Shown: positions 26,432-35,241 of the stretch, one piece after another
How the letters are laid out: every line of letters begins with the position of its first letter
Position numbering within the stretch: position 1 is the stretch's first letter
Source of the DNA: Armatimonadia bacterium
Lineage (GTDB): Bacteria > Armatimonadota > Zipacnadia > Zipacnadales > UBA11051
NCBI GenBank assembly: GCA_039683575.1
Contig: JBDKRC010000022.1
Span: 1 to 37,688, forward strand
Length of the DNA stretch: 37,688 nucleotides
Direction: 5' to 3'
The notes under the pieces: generated by a model
Database searches by the model: none
Seen by the model: only the letters and a program-made list of their open reading frames with translations
What the model was told of the DNA's origin: nothing
Translations under genes and position numbers: made by a program

Positions 26432-27634
26432 ATGCTGCGAGTCGCGAAAGTGATGCTGGTTGTGGCTTGTTTTTGCTGCACCATGGCGGTGGCGGCTGAT
26501 TGGCCGAACTTCCTCGGCCCGACCCGCAATGGCCTTGCCCCAGACACCGGGATCAACAAGAACTGGGCGGCCAAGCCGCCGCAGGAACTGTGGCGCGTGC
26601 CGATGCATGACGACGGATTCGCTGGGCCGTGCGTGGCCGACGGCAAGGTCTTCATCATTGATCACGAGGGGGCGCAGGACATCGTGAGAGCCTTCGGCTT
26701 TGGCGATGGCAAGCAGGTGTGGGAGTTTGCGTACCCGGATACTGATAAGCCGAACTACGGCTTTGGACGTTCGACCCCCGTATTCTCCGACGGCAAGCTT
26801 TACGTCGCAGGGCGGCTCGGGCAGTTGCTGTGCCTCGAGGCCGCAACCGGCAAGCCGGTGTGGGGTAAGAACCTCATGCGCGACTTCCAGGGCCAGAAGC
26901 CTCAGTGGGACTACTCCGGTTCGCCCCTGATCGACGGGGACAGACTGATCATCTGCTGCGGTGGTCCGGCCAGTGTCGCGTGCCTGGACAAGAACACGGG
27001 CAACCCCATCTGGACCGGTGGCAATCAGGACGCGGCAGGATATACCTCGCCGATCCCGGCCACAATCCTGGGTCAGAAGCAGTATGTGGTAACGACTGGG
27101 TCGTACGTGATCGGCGTGGACGCGGCCACCGGCAAGCTTGCGTGGGCAGTTCCATGGGAGAACAAGTGCAAGGTCAACGCCTCCCAGCCGATGGTTGAGG
27201 GCGACTATGTCTTCATCACCAGCGGCTACGGAATCGGCTGCGCGCTGTACCAGATCACAGCTAACGGTCCGGTGGAACGTTGGCGCAGCCGCGACATCTC
27301 GGCCCATTTCAGTTCGCCGATCTATTACGGCGGCTATCTCTACAGCAACAGCGATCCGGGCAACCTCGTCTGCATGAGCCCGGCCACTGGTGAGGTGGCC
27401 TGGAAACAAGGTGGGTTCGAGAAGGGTGGCCTCGTCATTGTGGACGGCGTGATCATCGCCCTGACGGGCAGGGATGGCGATCTGGTGATGGCGACGGCGC
27501 AGGCGACGGGCTATCAGGAACTGGGGCGCCTCAAGGCGCCGCTCGGAGGGCAGAGCTGGACCGCACCCATCGTTGCTGACGGCAAGCTACTCATCCGCAA
27601 CAAGTCCGCGCTGGCGTGTCTTGACCTGAAGTAG
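26432..27634 (+). CDS. Secreted PQQ-like/BamB-type beta-propeller protein
   Basis: Signal peptide ending AVA-ADWPNFLGPTRNG; RSTPV, YSGSPLI, AGYTSP and SWTAPIVADGKLLIRN; GAGGT before ATG 26432. Confidence 0.88.
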   Translation: MLRVAKVMLVVACFCCTMAVAADWPNFLGPTRNGLAPDTGINKNWAAKPPQELWRVPMHDDGFAGPCVADGKVFIIDHEGAQDIVRAFGFGDGKQVWEFAYPDTDKPNYGFGRSTPVFSDGKLYVAGRLGQLLCLEAATGKPVWGKNLMRDFQGQKPQWDYSGSPLIDGDRLIICCGGPASVACLDKNTGNPIWTGGNQDAAGYTSPIPATILGQKQYVVTTGSYVIGVDAATGKLAWAVPWENKCKVNASQPMVEGDYVFITSGYGIGCALYQITANGPVERWRSRDISAHFSSPIYYGGYLYSNSDPGNLVCMSPATGEVAWKQGGFEKGGLVIVDGVIIALTGRDGDLVMATAQATGYQELGRLKAPLGGQSWTAPIVADGKLLIRNKSALACLDLK

Positions 27635-27654
27635 CAGCACCCGAGACATGAAAC

Positions 27655-27691
27655 GCAGAGAGACCCGGCAACTGCCGGGTCTCTCTGCTTT
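27655..27691 (+). terminator. Intrinsic terminator closing the rightward operon
   Basis: 15-16-bp stem gcagagagacccggca/tgccgggtctctctgc followed by ttt. Confidence 0.75.
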
Positions 27692-27753
27692 GCGGGCGAG
27701 GACATTGCCCCGCGCGCGTGGAATTGACGCTCACTCAGTATGGGAAGGGACTG

Positions 27754-29457
27754 TTGATCTTGAGATTACCGAACATGTGGGGCGGCGGGCAGCTTTTCGC
27801 ATTTTCGGGGCTTGAAGGCCAGACAAGCTGGGCCGCGCCCTTCGTTGGCAGTCTGCTGGATGAGGGGCTGGCGGTAGATTTCCACCAGTCCCCGCCCGTG
27901 GTGCTGGAGGTCACAGGGCCCGAGGCACAGGTGCTGGAGGTCAAGCCCGAGTGGGTGATCGGGGATGCCTTTGAGGTGGCAGTAAGCTGGCCTACCGGCA
28001 GCGGGCGAGTCGTGGCGGCCTTCGCGGACTGCTGGACGTTGGTGGGGCGTGCGAGCGAGGGGTTGCAGGTGCGGCTGCGGGAGGTCGCCGACCAGCCCGA
28101 CCAGCGACACCTGCAAGCGAGTGGCAACTTCGCCCTGGTGCGTGGCGAGCAGGGCGTGTGGGTGCTGGCGCTGGACCCGGAGGGCCCCGAGGCGGCTCAC
28201 ACGCGGGCGCTGGAGGCGCTGCGTCTGGATGCGGCGGTCGTGGCCGACGAGCGGCTGGCTTTCGTCGAGGAACTCGAGGTGGGGGAGATCCTCCCGCCCG
28301 CTGACGAACGGACCTACCGCAAGGCCGCAAGCGTTTTGAAGACTAACGTTATGGCTCCTGAGGGCAGCATAGGGCGGCGCTGGACCACTCCCGACCGCTG
28401 GCCGCACCGGCACATGTGGCTGTGGGACTCGTGCTTCCATGCTCTCGGCTGGCTGTATCTCGACCCGCAACTGGCCATGGACGCGGTCGAGGCCATGGTC
28501 GAGAGCGCCTACCCCGATGGCATGATTCCGCTGTGCTCGGCGCCGACGCCCTCGCCATACAAGCTCTCCCAGCCCCCGCTGCTCGCCTGGACTGTGTGGG
28601 AACTGCACCAGGCCACCGGCGACGTGGACTTCCCGGTGCGGGTCTATGACGGTCTGGCGGGCTATGTGCGATGGTTCCTGAACGAGCGCGACCGTAACCA
28701 CAACGGCCTCCTGGACTGGTTCAAACAGGACGAAGACAAGCTGTGCCACTGCGGCGAGTCCGGCCTCGACAACTCCCCGCGCTTCGACCAGCCGGGCATT
28801 GATGACCACGTGGACCTGTCGTGCATGATTTACAACGAGATGGAGTGCCTGGCTCGAATCGCGTTCATCGGCGATAGGTTCGACGAAGCAGCCGAGTGGC
28901 GCGAGCAAGCCCAGAAGCTGGCGGCGGCCATCAACGAGCGGATGTGGGACGAAGAGACGGGGTTCTACTACGACGTGCGGGCTGACGGGGAATTGCTGAA
29001 GATGAAGACCGTGGTAGGCTTCCTGCCGATGTGGGCGGGCATCGCCTCCGAAGAGCGCCTCGGCCGCCTGATGGCGCACCTGCTGGACCCGCGCGAGTTC
29101 GCTACCGAGTTCCCGATCCCCACGGTAGCGCTGGACGAGCCGAGTTTCACTGACGACATGTGGCGTGGCCCGACGTGGATCAACATGAACTACCTGATCT
29201 TCCGGGGCCTCATGCGCAACGGTCTGATGGCGGAGGCGAACGACCTGCGTGCCGCAACGCTACGGCAGATCGCGCGGTGGTACGGCAGCGAAGGCTCCAT
29301 CTACGAGTATTACGACTGTTTCGCGAAGACCGCTCCGCGCAAGCTGCACCGCAAGGGCGGCGTAGGCGGGCAGGGCGGCTACGGCGTCGGCACCATCGCC
29401 GATTACGGCTGGTCAGCCGCGCTGTACGTGGCGCTGGCGAATGAGGGGATTGAGTAG
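27754..29457 (+). CDS. (alpha/alpha)6 glycoside hydrolase, GH63/MGH1-like
   Basis: MWLWDSCFH, SQPPLLAW, GESGLDNSPRFD, WRGPTWINMNYL and YEYY; start somewhere in 27718-27775, TTG 27754 follows GGAAGGGA. Confidence 0.8.
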   Translation: MILRLPNMWGGGQLFAFSGLEGQTSWAAPFVGSLLDEGLAVDFHQSPPVVLEVTGPEAQVLEVKPEWVIGDAFEVAVSWPTGSGRVVAAFADCWTLVGRASEGLQVRLREVADQPDQRHLQASGNFALVRGEQGVWVLALDPEGPEAAHTRALEALRLDAAVVADERLAFVEELEVGEILPPADERTYRKAASVLKTNVMAPEGSIGRRWTTPDRWPHRHMWLWDSCFHALGWLYLDPQLAMDAVEAMVESAYPDGMIPLCSAPTPSPYKLSQPPLLAWTVWELHQATGDVDFPVRVYDGLAGYVRWFLNERDRNHNGLLDWFKQDEDKLCHCGESGLDNSPRFDQPGIDDHVDLSCMIYNEMECLARIAFIGDRFDEAAEWREQAQKLAAAINERMWDEETGFYYDVRADGELLKMKTVVGFLPMWAGIASEERLGRLMAHLLDPREFATEFPIPTVALDEPSFTDDMWRGPTWINMNYLIFRGLMRNGLMAEANDLRAATLRQIARWYGSEGSIYEYYDCFAKTAPRKLHRKGGVGGQGGYGVGTIADYGWSAALYVALANEGIE

Positions 29458-29468
29458 AGACCACGGCT

Positions 29469-29547
29469 GCCTGTAGGAGCGCTCACCAGAGCGCGATCGC
29501 AAGCCAATAAGACCCGGAGTCGCGCTCTGGTGAGCGCTCCTACAGGC
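29469..29547. repeat. REP-like doublet, family E (GTAG type)
   Basis: Perfect 28-bp inverted repeats at 29469-29496 and 29520-29547 (gcctgtaggagcgctcaccagagcgcga). Confidence 0.9.
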
Positions 29548-29576
29548 GGCGTTTGAGGCGATTTCTGGAGGTTCGT

Positions 29577-32500
29577 ATGCTTAAGCTGCGCTTGTTCCTG
29601 CTCTGTCTGGTCATTCTGGTCGCCGTGCCCGCTTTCGCCCAGGACAAGGACGGCGACACCGTCCCTGATGAGGCCGAGATGGCTCTGGGCATGGACCCGG
29701 ACCAGCCCGAGACGCTGGTGATGGTCCATGATGACAAATCCATCGCCGAGGGCGACAAGCCTGCGTCCAAGTACCAGAATGCCCCCGACCTGACCAAGGT
29801 CTGGTTCGGCAATGTCGCTGGTGACCGCTACGTCTGGCGGTTGGATTTCGCCCAGGACTACAACCCGACCGGCATAGTGCTGATCGTGTACCTGGACGCC
29901 GACAATGATGTCACCACGGGCCGCCAGGATGGCGCGAAGGGCTGCGATGTGATGCTCACGTGCGTCAACGGGTCCTTCGAGTCCAGCATCCGCAATGATC
30001 AGGTCGCTGTGGCAGATCGCAAGCTGCGCGGCTTCGTCAGCGGCAAGTCGGTCTACATGAGCATGGACCTCAAGCTCAAGCAGACGGCCGGGCAGAGCGA
30101 CTGCCGGGCGTGGATACTGTGCCACCTGTCGGAGCCGAACACCGGCGACCAGGACAATACAACCCAGTTCACGATGAAGGGCCCGGGACAGAGCCAGAAA
30201 CGCAAGCCGCCGGTGGCCTGCGCCTCGGGCTTCCGCTCGGAAAACATGATCGTGCATACTCCGTGGCTGTATTGGCGGGAGGACCTGCGCAATATGAAGG
30301 CAGTGTCGCTCGACGCCGCGCAGGCTCAACTGAAGGGCATGCGGCTGTTTGACCGGGCACTGATCCCCGAGAGCACCCCCTCCAGCGCGGTGCTGAAGTC
30401 CCCGCAGGCGGGCAAGTACTACGTGGCGCTGGTGCTGCAGGACAGCGCCGCCGGGGCCGAGGAACTTGAGCTTCGCGTGCAGGGCAAGAAGATCGCGAAG
30501 GCGGTCTGCCTGCAGAATGACGGGCTGTACCACCTGTTCATAGCGAAGAATCCGGTCACATTGAGGAAGGGCGACGCCATCGAACTCGTCGCTGCGGCCC
30601 CAATGCAGGACTTCCAGATCTCGGAAGTGCTCCTCTGCCCGCAGAGGCCGGAACCGCGACCCCTGCAAATCGCGAACGTGGCGGTCTACTGCCCGCCGCA
30701 ACAGGGCGACGACGTCTACGTTGACGTGTGCTGGACGACCAACGCGCCGTGCACGGGGCTGGTGAAGTGGGGGAGAGGAAAGGCGCTGAGCGAGACGAGC
30801 GAACCGGAGACGATCCCCGGCTACAACCACCGGGTGCGCCTGGAAGGGCTCGCAAGCAAGGAGCAGTACTCGGCGCAGGTGGTGCTGACGCCGAGCTATG
30901 GGAGCGTGAGTAGCGCGCCGTTGCCCTTCACCGCCGCGCCGAACGTGACCAGAGGCGTGGCCGGGCCCAAGCGGGTGGCGCTGAAGGTGACTGATCTGCT
31001 GGATGGGGGGCGGGGCGTATGGCCTGTGAACGGCGGGATTCCACTGCCGGCGGGGGAGCTAGCCGCTGCGACCAAGTGTAGGTTGCTGGACGCGCAGGGG
31101 AGACAGGTTCCGGCACAGTTTGCGGGCCTCAGCGTGTGGCCGGATGGCAGCGTGAAATGGCTGCTCGTGAGCCTGATGCACAGCGGCGGCAGCCCGGAGT
31201 ATGTGCTGGAGTATGGAAACGCGGTGTCGGCGGCTCAGGGCGCTTCGACACTGACGGTGGAGCGCAAAGATGACGGCGTCATAGTCAGGAATGCCTCCCT
31301 GCAGTACACCCTGTCGCGACAGGCCTTCAGCCCCCCAGGGCTGGTTCAGCGCGATACCGATGGCGACGGCGGGTTCGACACTGCTCTCAACAAGCCGACG
31401 CCGGGTTTCACCCTCACCGACGCCGACGGCAACCGTTACACCTCCAGCGCCGAACCTTGCGCACTTACGGTTGAGGAGCAGGGGCCGGTGCGGACGGTGG
31501 TGCTCGCCGAGGGCAAGTTCGCAGGCGACAAGGGCAACCTGATGTCCTGGCGCTGCCGGCTGTACTTCTACGCCGGGTTCGAGGGCGTTCACACTGTCTT
31601 CACGCTCATCAGCGACGCCGGGAAGTCCGTCCAGCCGCCGACCATGACACCGATCACGAGCCTGACGCTGCCGGTTAGCGTCAACGGCGCTAACGCTGCG
31701 CGGGGTCGTTGGCTCCAGGACGATGTGGATCATCTCATCACCGAGCAGGCCGGGAAGTCTGAGACGAAGACCGGACAGGGGCAAGGCTGGGTCAAACTCG
31801 GTGGCGTTACCGTCGCCCTGAAGGACTTCTGGCAACTCTACCCGAAGGCCTTCACAGTCGAGGGCGACACCATCACGACGGAGATCTTCCCCCGGCTTCC
31901 GGCTGATGAGTACGCCCAGTACACCGACCCGAAGCTGCTGACGCAGCACTACTACTGGGCGAAGGGCGGGAAGTACCAGATCCCGACCGGCATCGCGCCC
32001 AGCTATGACCTGATGTTCTACTTTGGCGCAGAGGCTCCGGAGAAGATCGCTGCCGCGCACCAGAGCCCGGCGCTGCTCACCGCGACGCCGGAGCAATACT
32101 GCGGCTCCAAGGCCTTCATGGACCTCGCGCCCGAGAAGCCCGGAGTCTTCGAGGACTTCCAGAAGTTCGTGCGGCAGGGCCTCGAAGGCCTCGAACAGCG
32201 CCGCGTTCGTGGGCGTGAGTATTCGTGGATGGACTATGGCGACTGGTATGGCGAGCGGAGCGTGAACTGGGGTAACCAGGAGTATGACCTCCAATGGGGC
32301 CTTCTCCTGCAGTTCGTCCGCAACGGAGACCTGCGCTTCTTTGACCGTGCGGAGCAGGCCGCGCGGCATACCGCCGGCATTGACAGCGTGAACTATTCGC
32401 CGATCCCCGACCGGCTGGGGCTGCTGTACTACCACTGCCTCGGCCACACCGGCGGCTTCGGCATGCAGCGCGTTCCGGGGGCCGACTACTGGTTCGAAAC

Positions 32501-34142
32501 CACGGGCTCGAACACCGGCCACATGTGGAGCCAGGGCACAATCACGACTTACTGCCTCACCGGCGACCGGCGGTACCTGGGGCCATCTCAGAGGCTCGCT
32601 GACTGGCTCGCGGGACCCTATGCCCGCTCCTTTGAGTACTATGTTCACCGCAACTACGGCTGGTCGGTGGTAGCGCTGCTGGGCGTGTACCAGGTCGACC
32701 CGAACCCGTACTATCTCAACGCGGCGAAGCTCTTTACGGACTATGTCATCGCCAAACAGGACCCCGGCACGGGGGTACTCGCCCATCCAATCGGCGAATG
32801 CACCCACAAGCCGCTGCACATGGGCGGCAAGGTCTTCATGAGCGGTGCGGTGATGACCGGCCTGAAGATGCTCGACCAGATTGAGCCCTCGGCGGACCGC
32901 AAGAACGCCATCATCCGCAACTGCGACTGGATGTACAACCGCATGTGGCACCCGCGGGACAATAGCTTCCAGTACGCGCAGTGCACCGACTTCGACCCGA
33001 CTTCCACCCACGCCGGAACCCATGAAGCCTGCGAGGGGCTGGCGTACGCGTACGATCTCACGAACAGGGCCATCTATCGTGAGATGCTGCTGCGGTCGCT
33101 GTCTGATGTCATGCGGCGGGGGACGGGCGGGCAGGGCAAGTCGCTGGCGATGGAGATACGGATGACGCCGTATGCCTTCACCGCCATCGAGAAGTGGGGT
33201 CTCAAAGACCTGCCACCGCCGCCCGCGCCGGAACCGAAGCTCACGGTTGCGCCGCGGCTATACCTGACTCCCGACCAGCCTGCCACCATCGGCTGCACAC
33301 TTGAGAACCTCTCGGACAAGCCAGTGCAGGCGAAGGTTGAGATAGTCGACCTGCCTGCTGGCCTGCAGTCAAACGCCCATCAGGCCGTGTGGGAGATGCC
33401 CGGGCGGACCACCGTCTCGCGCGGGCTCTTCAGCCTGTCGGGAAAGGCCAAGACGGGGGAGACAGTACGGGTGCGCTACCAGATCGGTCAGGCACAAGGG
33501 GAGACGCAGGTGGCGGTGCGGCCCGCGGAAGCGCTCAAGCTGGGCAGTGGTCTGGGCTATCTCGGTGATGCGAATGACCCCGTGGGGAAGGCCCTGCGGC
33601 AGATGGGAAGCTCGCTGACTGAGCTGCGGGAGCTTTCGCCTGCGACGCTGGCGGGGTGCGGGGCGCTGATCGTGGGGACGGAGGCGCACCAGAAGGACTA
33701 TGCGGGGCTGCGGGGCAATGCGGAGCGGTTACTCGACTTCATCTACTCCGGCGGCAAGGTGGCCGTGTTCCAGCTTCAGGACAGCAGTTGGCAGCCGAAC
33801 CTGCTACCGTACCCGCTAAGTGTCAGCGACGCCGACGGGACGTGTGGGGACATCGTTGCGAAAGACCACGCGCTGTTCAATACCCCCGCCCGCGTACCTG
33901 ACCTTCACGGCCTCACGAGCTACGACACAATCATCTCCGCCGACCCGGCCTGGCGGGTGCTGGCGAAAGACAACAAGGGGCAACCGGCAATCGTGGAGGC
34001 CTCGTTCGGCAGGGGCAAAGTCTTGGTGGTGCAGCCCTCGCCTGATCGTTACATCATCGGGCAATTGCCCATACTGGGGAACGTGCCGGTGACAAGCTGC
34101 ACAGGCTTCATGCAGAACGTCTTGGCTTGGCTGGGACAATAG
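29577..34142 (+). CDS. Large secreted multidomain protein with a YetA/PcRGLX (exo-rhamnogalacturonan lyase)-like core
   Basis: GGAGG and a signal peptide; DKDGDTVPD; FN3-like WTTN..NHRVRL; GGIPLPAG..WPDGSVKW and MDYGDW..NQEYD. The family call rests on motif recall. Confidence 0.6.
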   Translation: MLKLRLFLLCLVILVAVPAFAQDKDGDTVPDEAEMALGMDPDQPETLVMVHDDKSIAEGDKPASKYQNAPDLTKVWFGNVAGDRYVWRLDFAQDYNPTGIVLIVYLDADNDVTTGRQDGAKGCDVMLTCVNGSFESSIRNDQVAVADRKLRGFVSGKSVYMSMDLKLKQTAGQSDCRAWILCHLSEPNTGDQDNTTQFTMKGPGQSQKRKPPVACASGFRSENMIVHTPWLYWREDLRNMKAVSLDAAQAQLKGMRLFDRALIPESTPSSAVLKSPQAGKYYVALVLQDSAAGAEELELRVQGKKIAKAVCLQNDGLYHLFIAKNPVTLRKGDAIELVAAAPMQDFQISEVLLCPQRPEPRPLQIANVAVYCPPQQGDDVYVDVCWTTNAPCTGLVKWGRGKALSETSEPETIPGYNHRVRLEGLASKEQYSAQVVLTPSYGSVSSAPLPFTAAPNVTRGVAGPKRVALKVTDLLDGGRGVWPVNGGIPLPAGELAAATKCRLLDAQGRQVPAQFAGLSVWPDGSVKWLLVSLMHSGGSPEYVLEYGNAVSAAQGASTLTVERKDDGVIVRNASLQYTLSRQAFSPPGLVQRDTDGDGGFDTALNKPTPGFTLTDADGNRYTSSAEPCALTVEEQGPVRTVVLAEGKFAGDKGNLMSWRCRLYFYAGFEGVHTVFTLISDAGKSVQPPTMTPITSLTLPVSVNGANAARGRWLQDDVDHLITEQAGKSETKTGQGQGWVKLGGVTVALKDFWQLYPKAFTVEGDTITTEIFPRLPADEYAQYTDPKLLTQHYYWAKGGKYQIPTGIAPSYDLMFYFGAEAPEKIAAAHQSPALLTATPEQYCGSKAFMDLAPEKPGVFEDFQKFVRQGLEGLEQRRVRGREYSWMDYGDWYGERSVNWGNQEYDLQWGLLLQFVRNGDLRFFDRAEQAARHTAGIDSVNYSPIPDRLGLLYYHCLGHTGGFGMQRVPGADYWFETTGSNTGHMWSQGTITTYCLTGDRRYLGPSQRLADWLAGPYARSFEYYVHRNYGWSVVALLGVYQVDPNPYYLNAAKLFTDYVIAKQDPGTGVLAHPIGECTHKPLHMGGKVFMSGAVMTGLKMLDQIEPSADRKNAIIRNCDWMYNRMWHPRDNSFQYAQCTDFDPTSTHAGTHEACEGLAYAYDLTNRAIYREMLLRSLSDVMRRGTGGQGKSLAMEIRMTPYAFTAIEKWGLKDLPPPPAPEPKLTVAPRLYLTPDQPATIGCTLENLSDKPVQAKVEIVDLPAGLQSNAHQAVWEMPGRTTVSRGLFSLSGKAKTGETVRVRYQIGQAQGETQVAVRPAEALKLGSGLGYLGDANDPVGKALRQMGSSLTELRELSPATLAGCGALIVGTEAHQKDYAGLRGNAERLLDFIYSGGKVAVFQLQDSSWQPNLLPYPLSVSDADGTCGDIVAKDHALFNTPARVPDLHGLTSYDTIISADPAWRVLAKDNKGQPAIVEASFGRGKVLVVQPSPDRYIIGQLPILGNVPVTSCTGFMQNVLAWLGQ

Positions 34143-34158
34143 CAGCGGGCCGCTCTTC

Positions 34159-35232
34159 CTACTCAACCTGAATCGCGTTGCCGAAGATCAGCTCCGTCTC
34201 CGACAACCCCATCGCCGAGGACCCGCTGTCATCGTGCTTGAACTCGATGGTGTTCTCGCCCACGCGCAGGTGTTCCGGCTTGATGAGCGTCGTGACCACC
34301 GCCGTCGCGCCGTCCCCAGTCGTTGGAATCTGGTATTTGCCCTGCCCGTTGACCGTGAACGTGCCCTCAGTCGGATAGTCCACATCCTGCGCGGTCGTTC
34401 GTAGTGCCACCAGCTTCGCCTGCGGCAGCGCCGCGAGGGTGAAGGTTGTCGTAAACGCCGCGCCCTTGCTCAATGACTGGGTCTTAAGCGGTACGCGTTC
34501 GATGATCTGCTCATCCACATGCCCCGCTGCGAGGAACTCCGCCAGCCACTCGGGCTTCTCGCACAGGTACGGCGGCAGGTTGCGTCCCAGATAGACCTCC
34601 ACGTCATCAAAGATCAGCCCCGGCGCATTCGGCTTCTCCACCACCAGTGACCACGCCTGAGCGTCCATGCCCGTCGGCACGGGGGCTTCGAGCTTCGTGC
34701 GCGTGTCGAAGTCGTCGGTCTTCTCCAGCGCCACTTTGCCGTCAGGCTGCACGATCTTCACCGTTGCCCCCTCGGTGGTGACGTCCGACGTCACGTAGAC
34801 CTCAACCTTCTTGGACTTGGCCGGGACCATGAAATACTGCGGAGCCATGCCGCCGCAGATCCACAGCGTAGTCTTCTCCCAGGCTACCAGGCCGAAGGGC
34901 TTTCCCACCACCCGCACTGTCGCGAGGCTCTGCCCGGTGACGGTGCCGACCACATGCAGCCCCGGCGTCTTCACCTGATAGGCGATCTCGGCTGAGGTGC
35001 CAACAGGCACGCTCTGCTCAAGCACCACCCGGCTGTCGCGGTCGATGATCTTTACCTGCAGGTCGTCCTGATATGCCCCGCGCGGAATGGAGGTGGCGGC
35101 GATCTTCACGGTCTCGCCGGCGTTCCCCACGAACACGAGGTAGTTGTCATGGCGCAGGATAGTCTGCGGGGCCTCCTGGGCCCACAGCGGCAGTACGGCG
35201 AGACTGAACAGCAATAGCGCTATATGACGCAT
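34159..35232 (-). CDS. Secreted hypothetical beta-sandwich-rich protein
   Basis: 357-aa ORF with a signal peptide (..PLWA-Q); GAGG upstream; starts 9 nt after the upstream stop. Confidence 0.7.
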   Translation of the reverse strand: MRHIALLLFSLAVLPLWAQEAPQTILRHDNYLVFVGNAGETVKIAATSIPRGAYQDDLQVKIIDRDSRVVLEQSVPVGTSAEIAYQVKTPGLHVVGTVTGQSLATVRVVGKPFGLVAWEKTTLWICGGMAPQYFMVPAKSKKVEVYVTSDVTTEGATVKIVQPDGKVALEKTDDFDTRTKLEAPVPTGMDAQAWSLVVEKPNAPGLIFDDVEVYLGRNLPPYLCEKPEWLAEFLAAGHVDEQIIERVPLKTQSLSKGAAFTTTFTLAALPQAKLVALRTTAQDVDYPTEGTFTVNGQGKYQIPTTGDGATAVVTTLIKPEHLRVGENTIEFKHDDSGSSAMGLSETELIFGNAIQVE

Positions 35233-35241
35233 GATGGACCT

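Noticed and set aside
8622-27634. Calling the propellers bamB or PQQ dehydrogenases
   Set aside because: Only the fold repeat is evident; there is no bam context, no pqq genes and no identifiable quinoprotein active site.
27724-27745. TTGACG as a -35 box for the glycosidase
   Set aside because: No acceptable -10 box at 16-18 nt spacing, and it lies too close to the likely start.
13862-33023. Long antisense ORFs such as 13862-15403, 16673-17989, 27766-29079, 29403-30830 and 31059-33023
   Set aside because: They are shadow frames of well-supported genes in GC-rich DNA and show no motifs.
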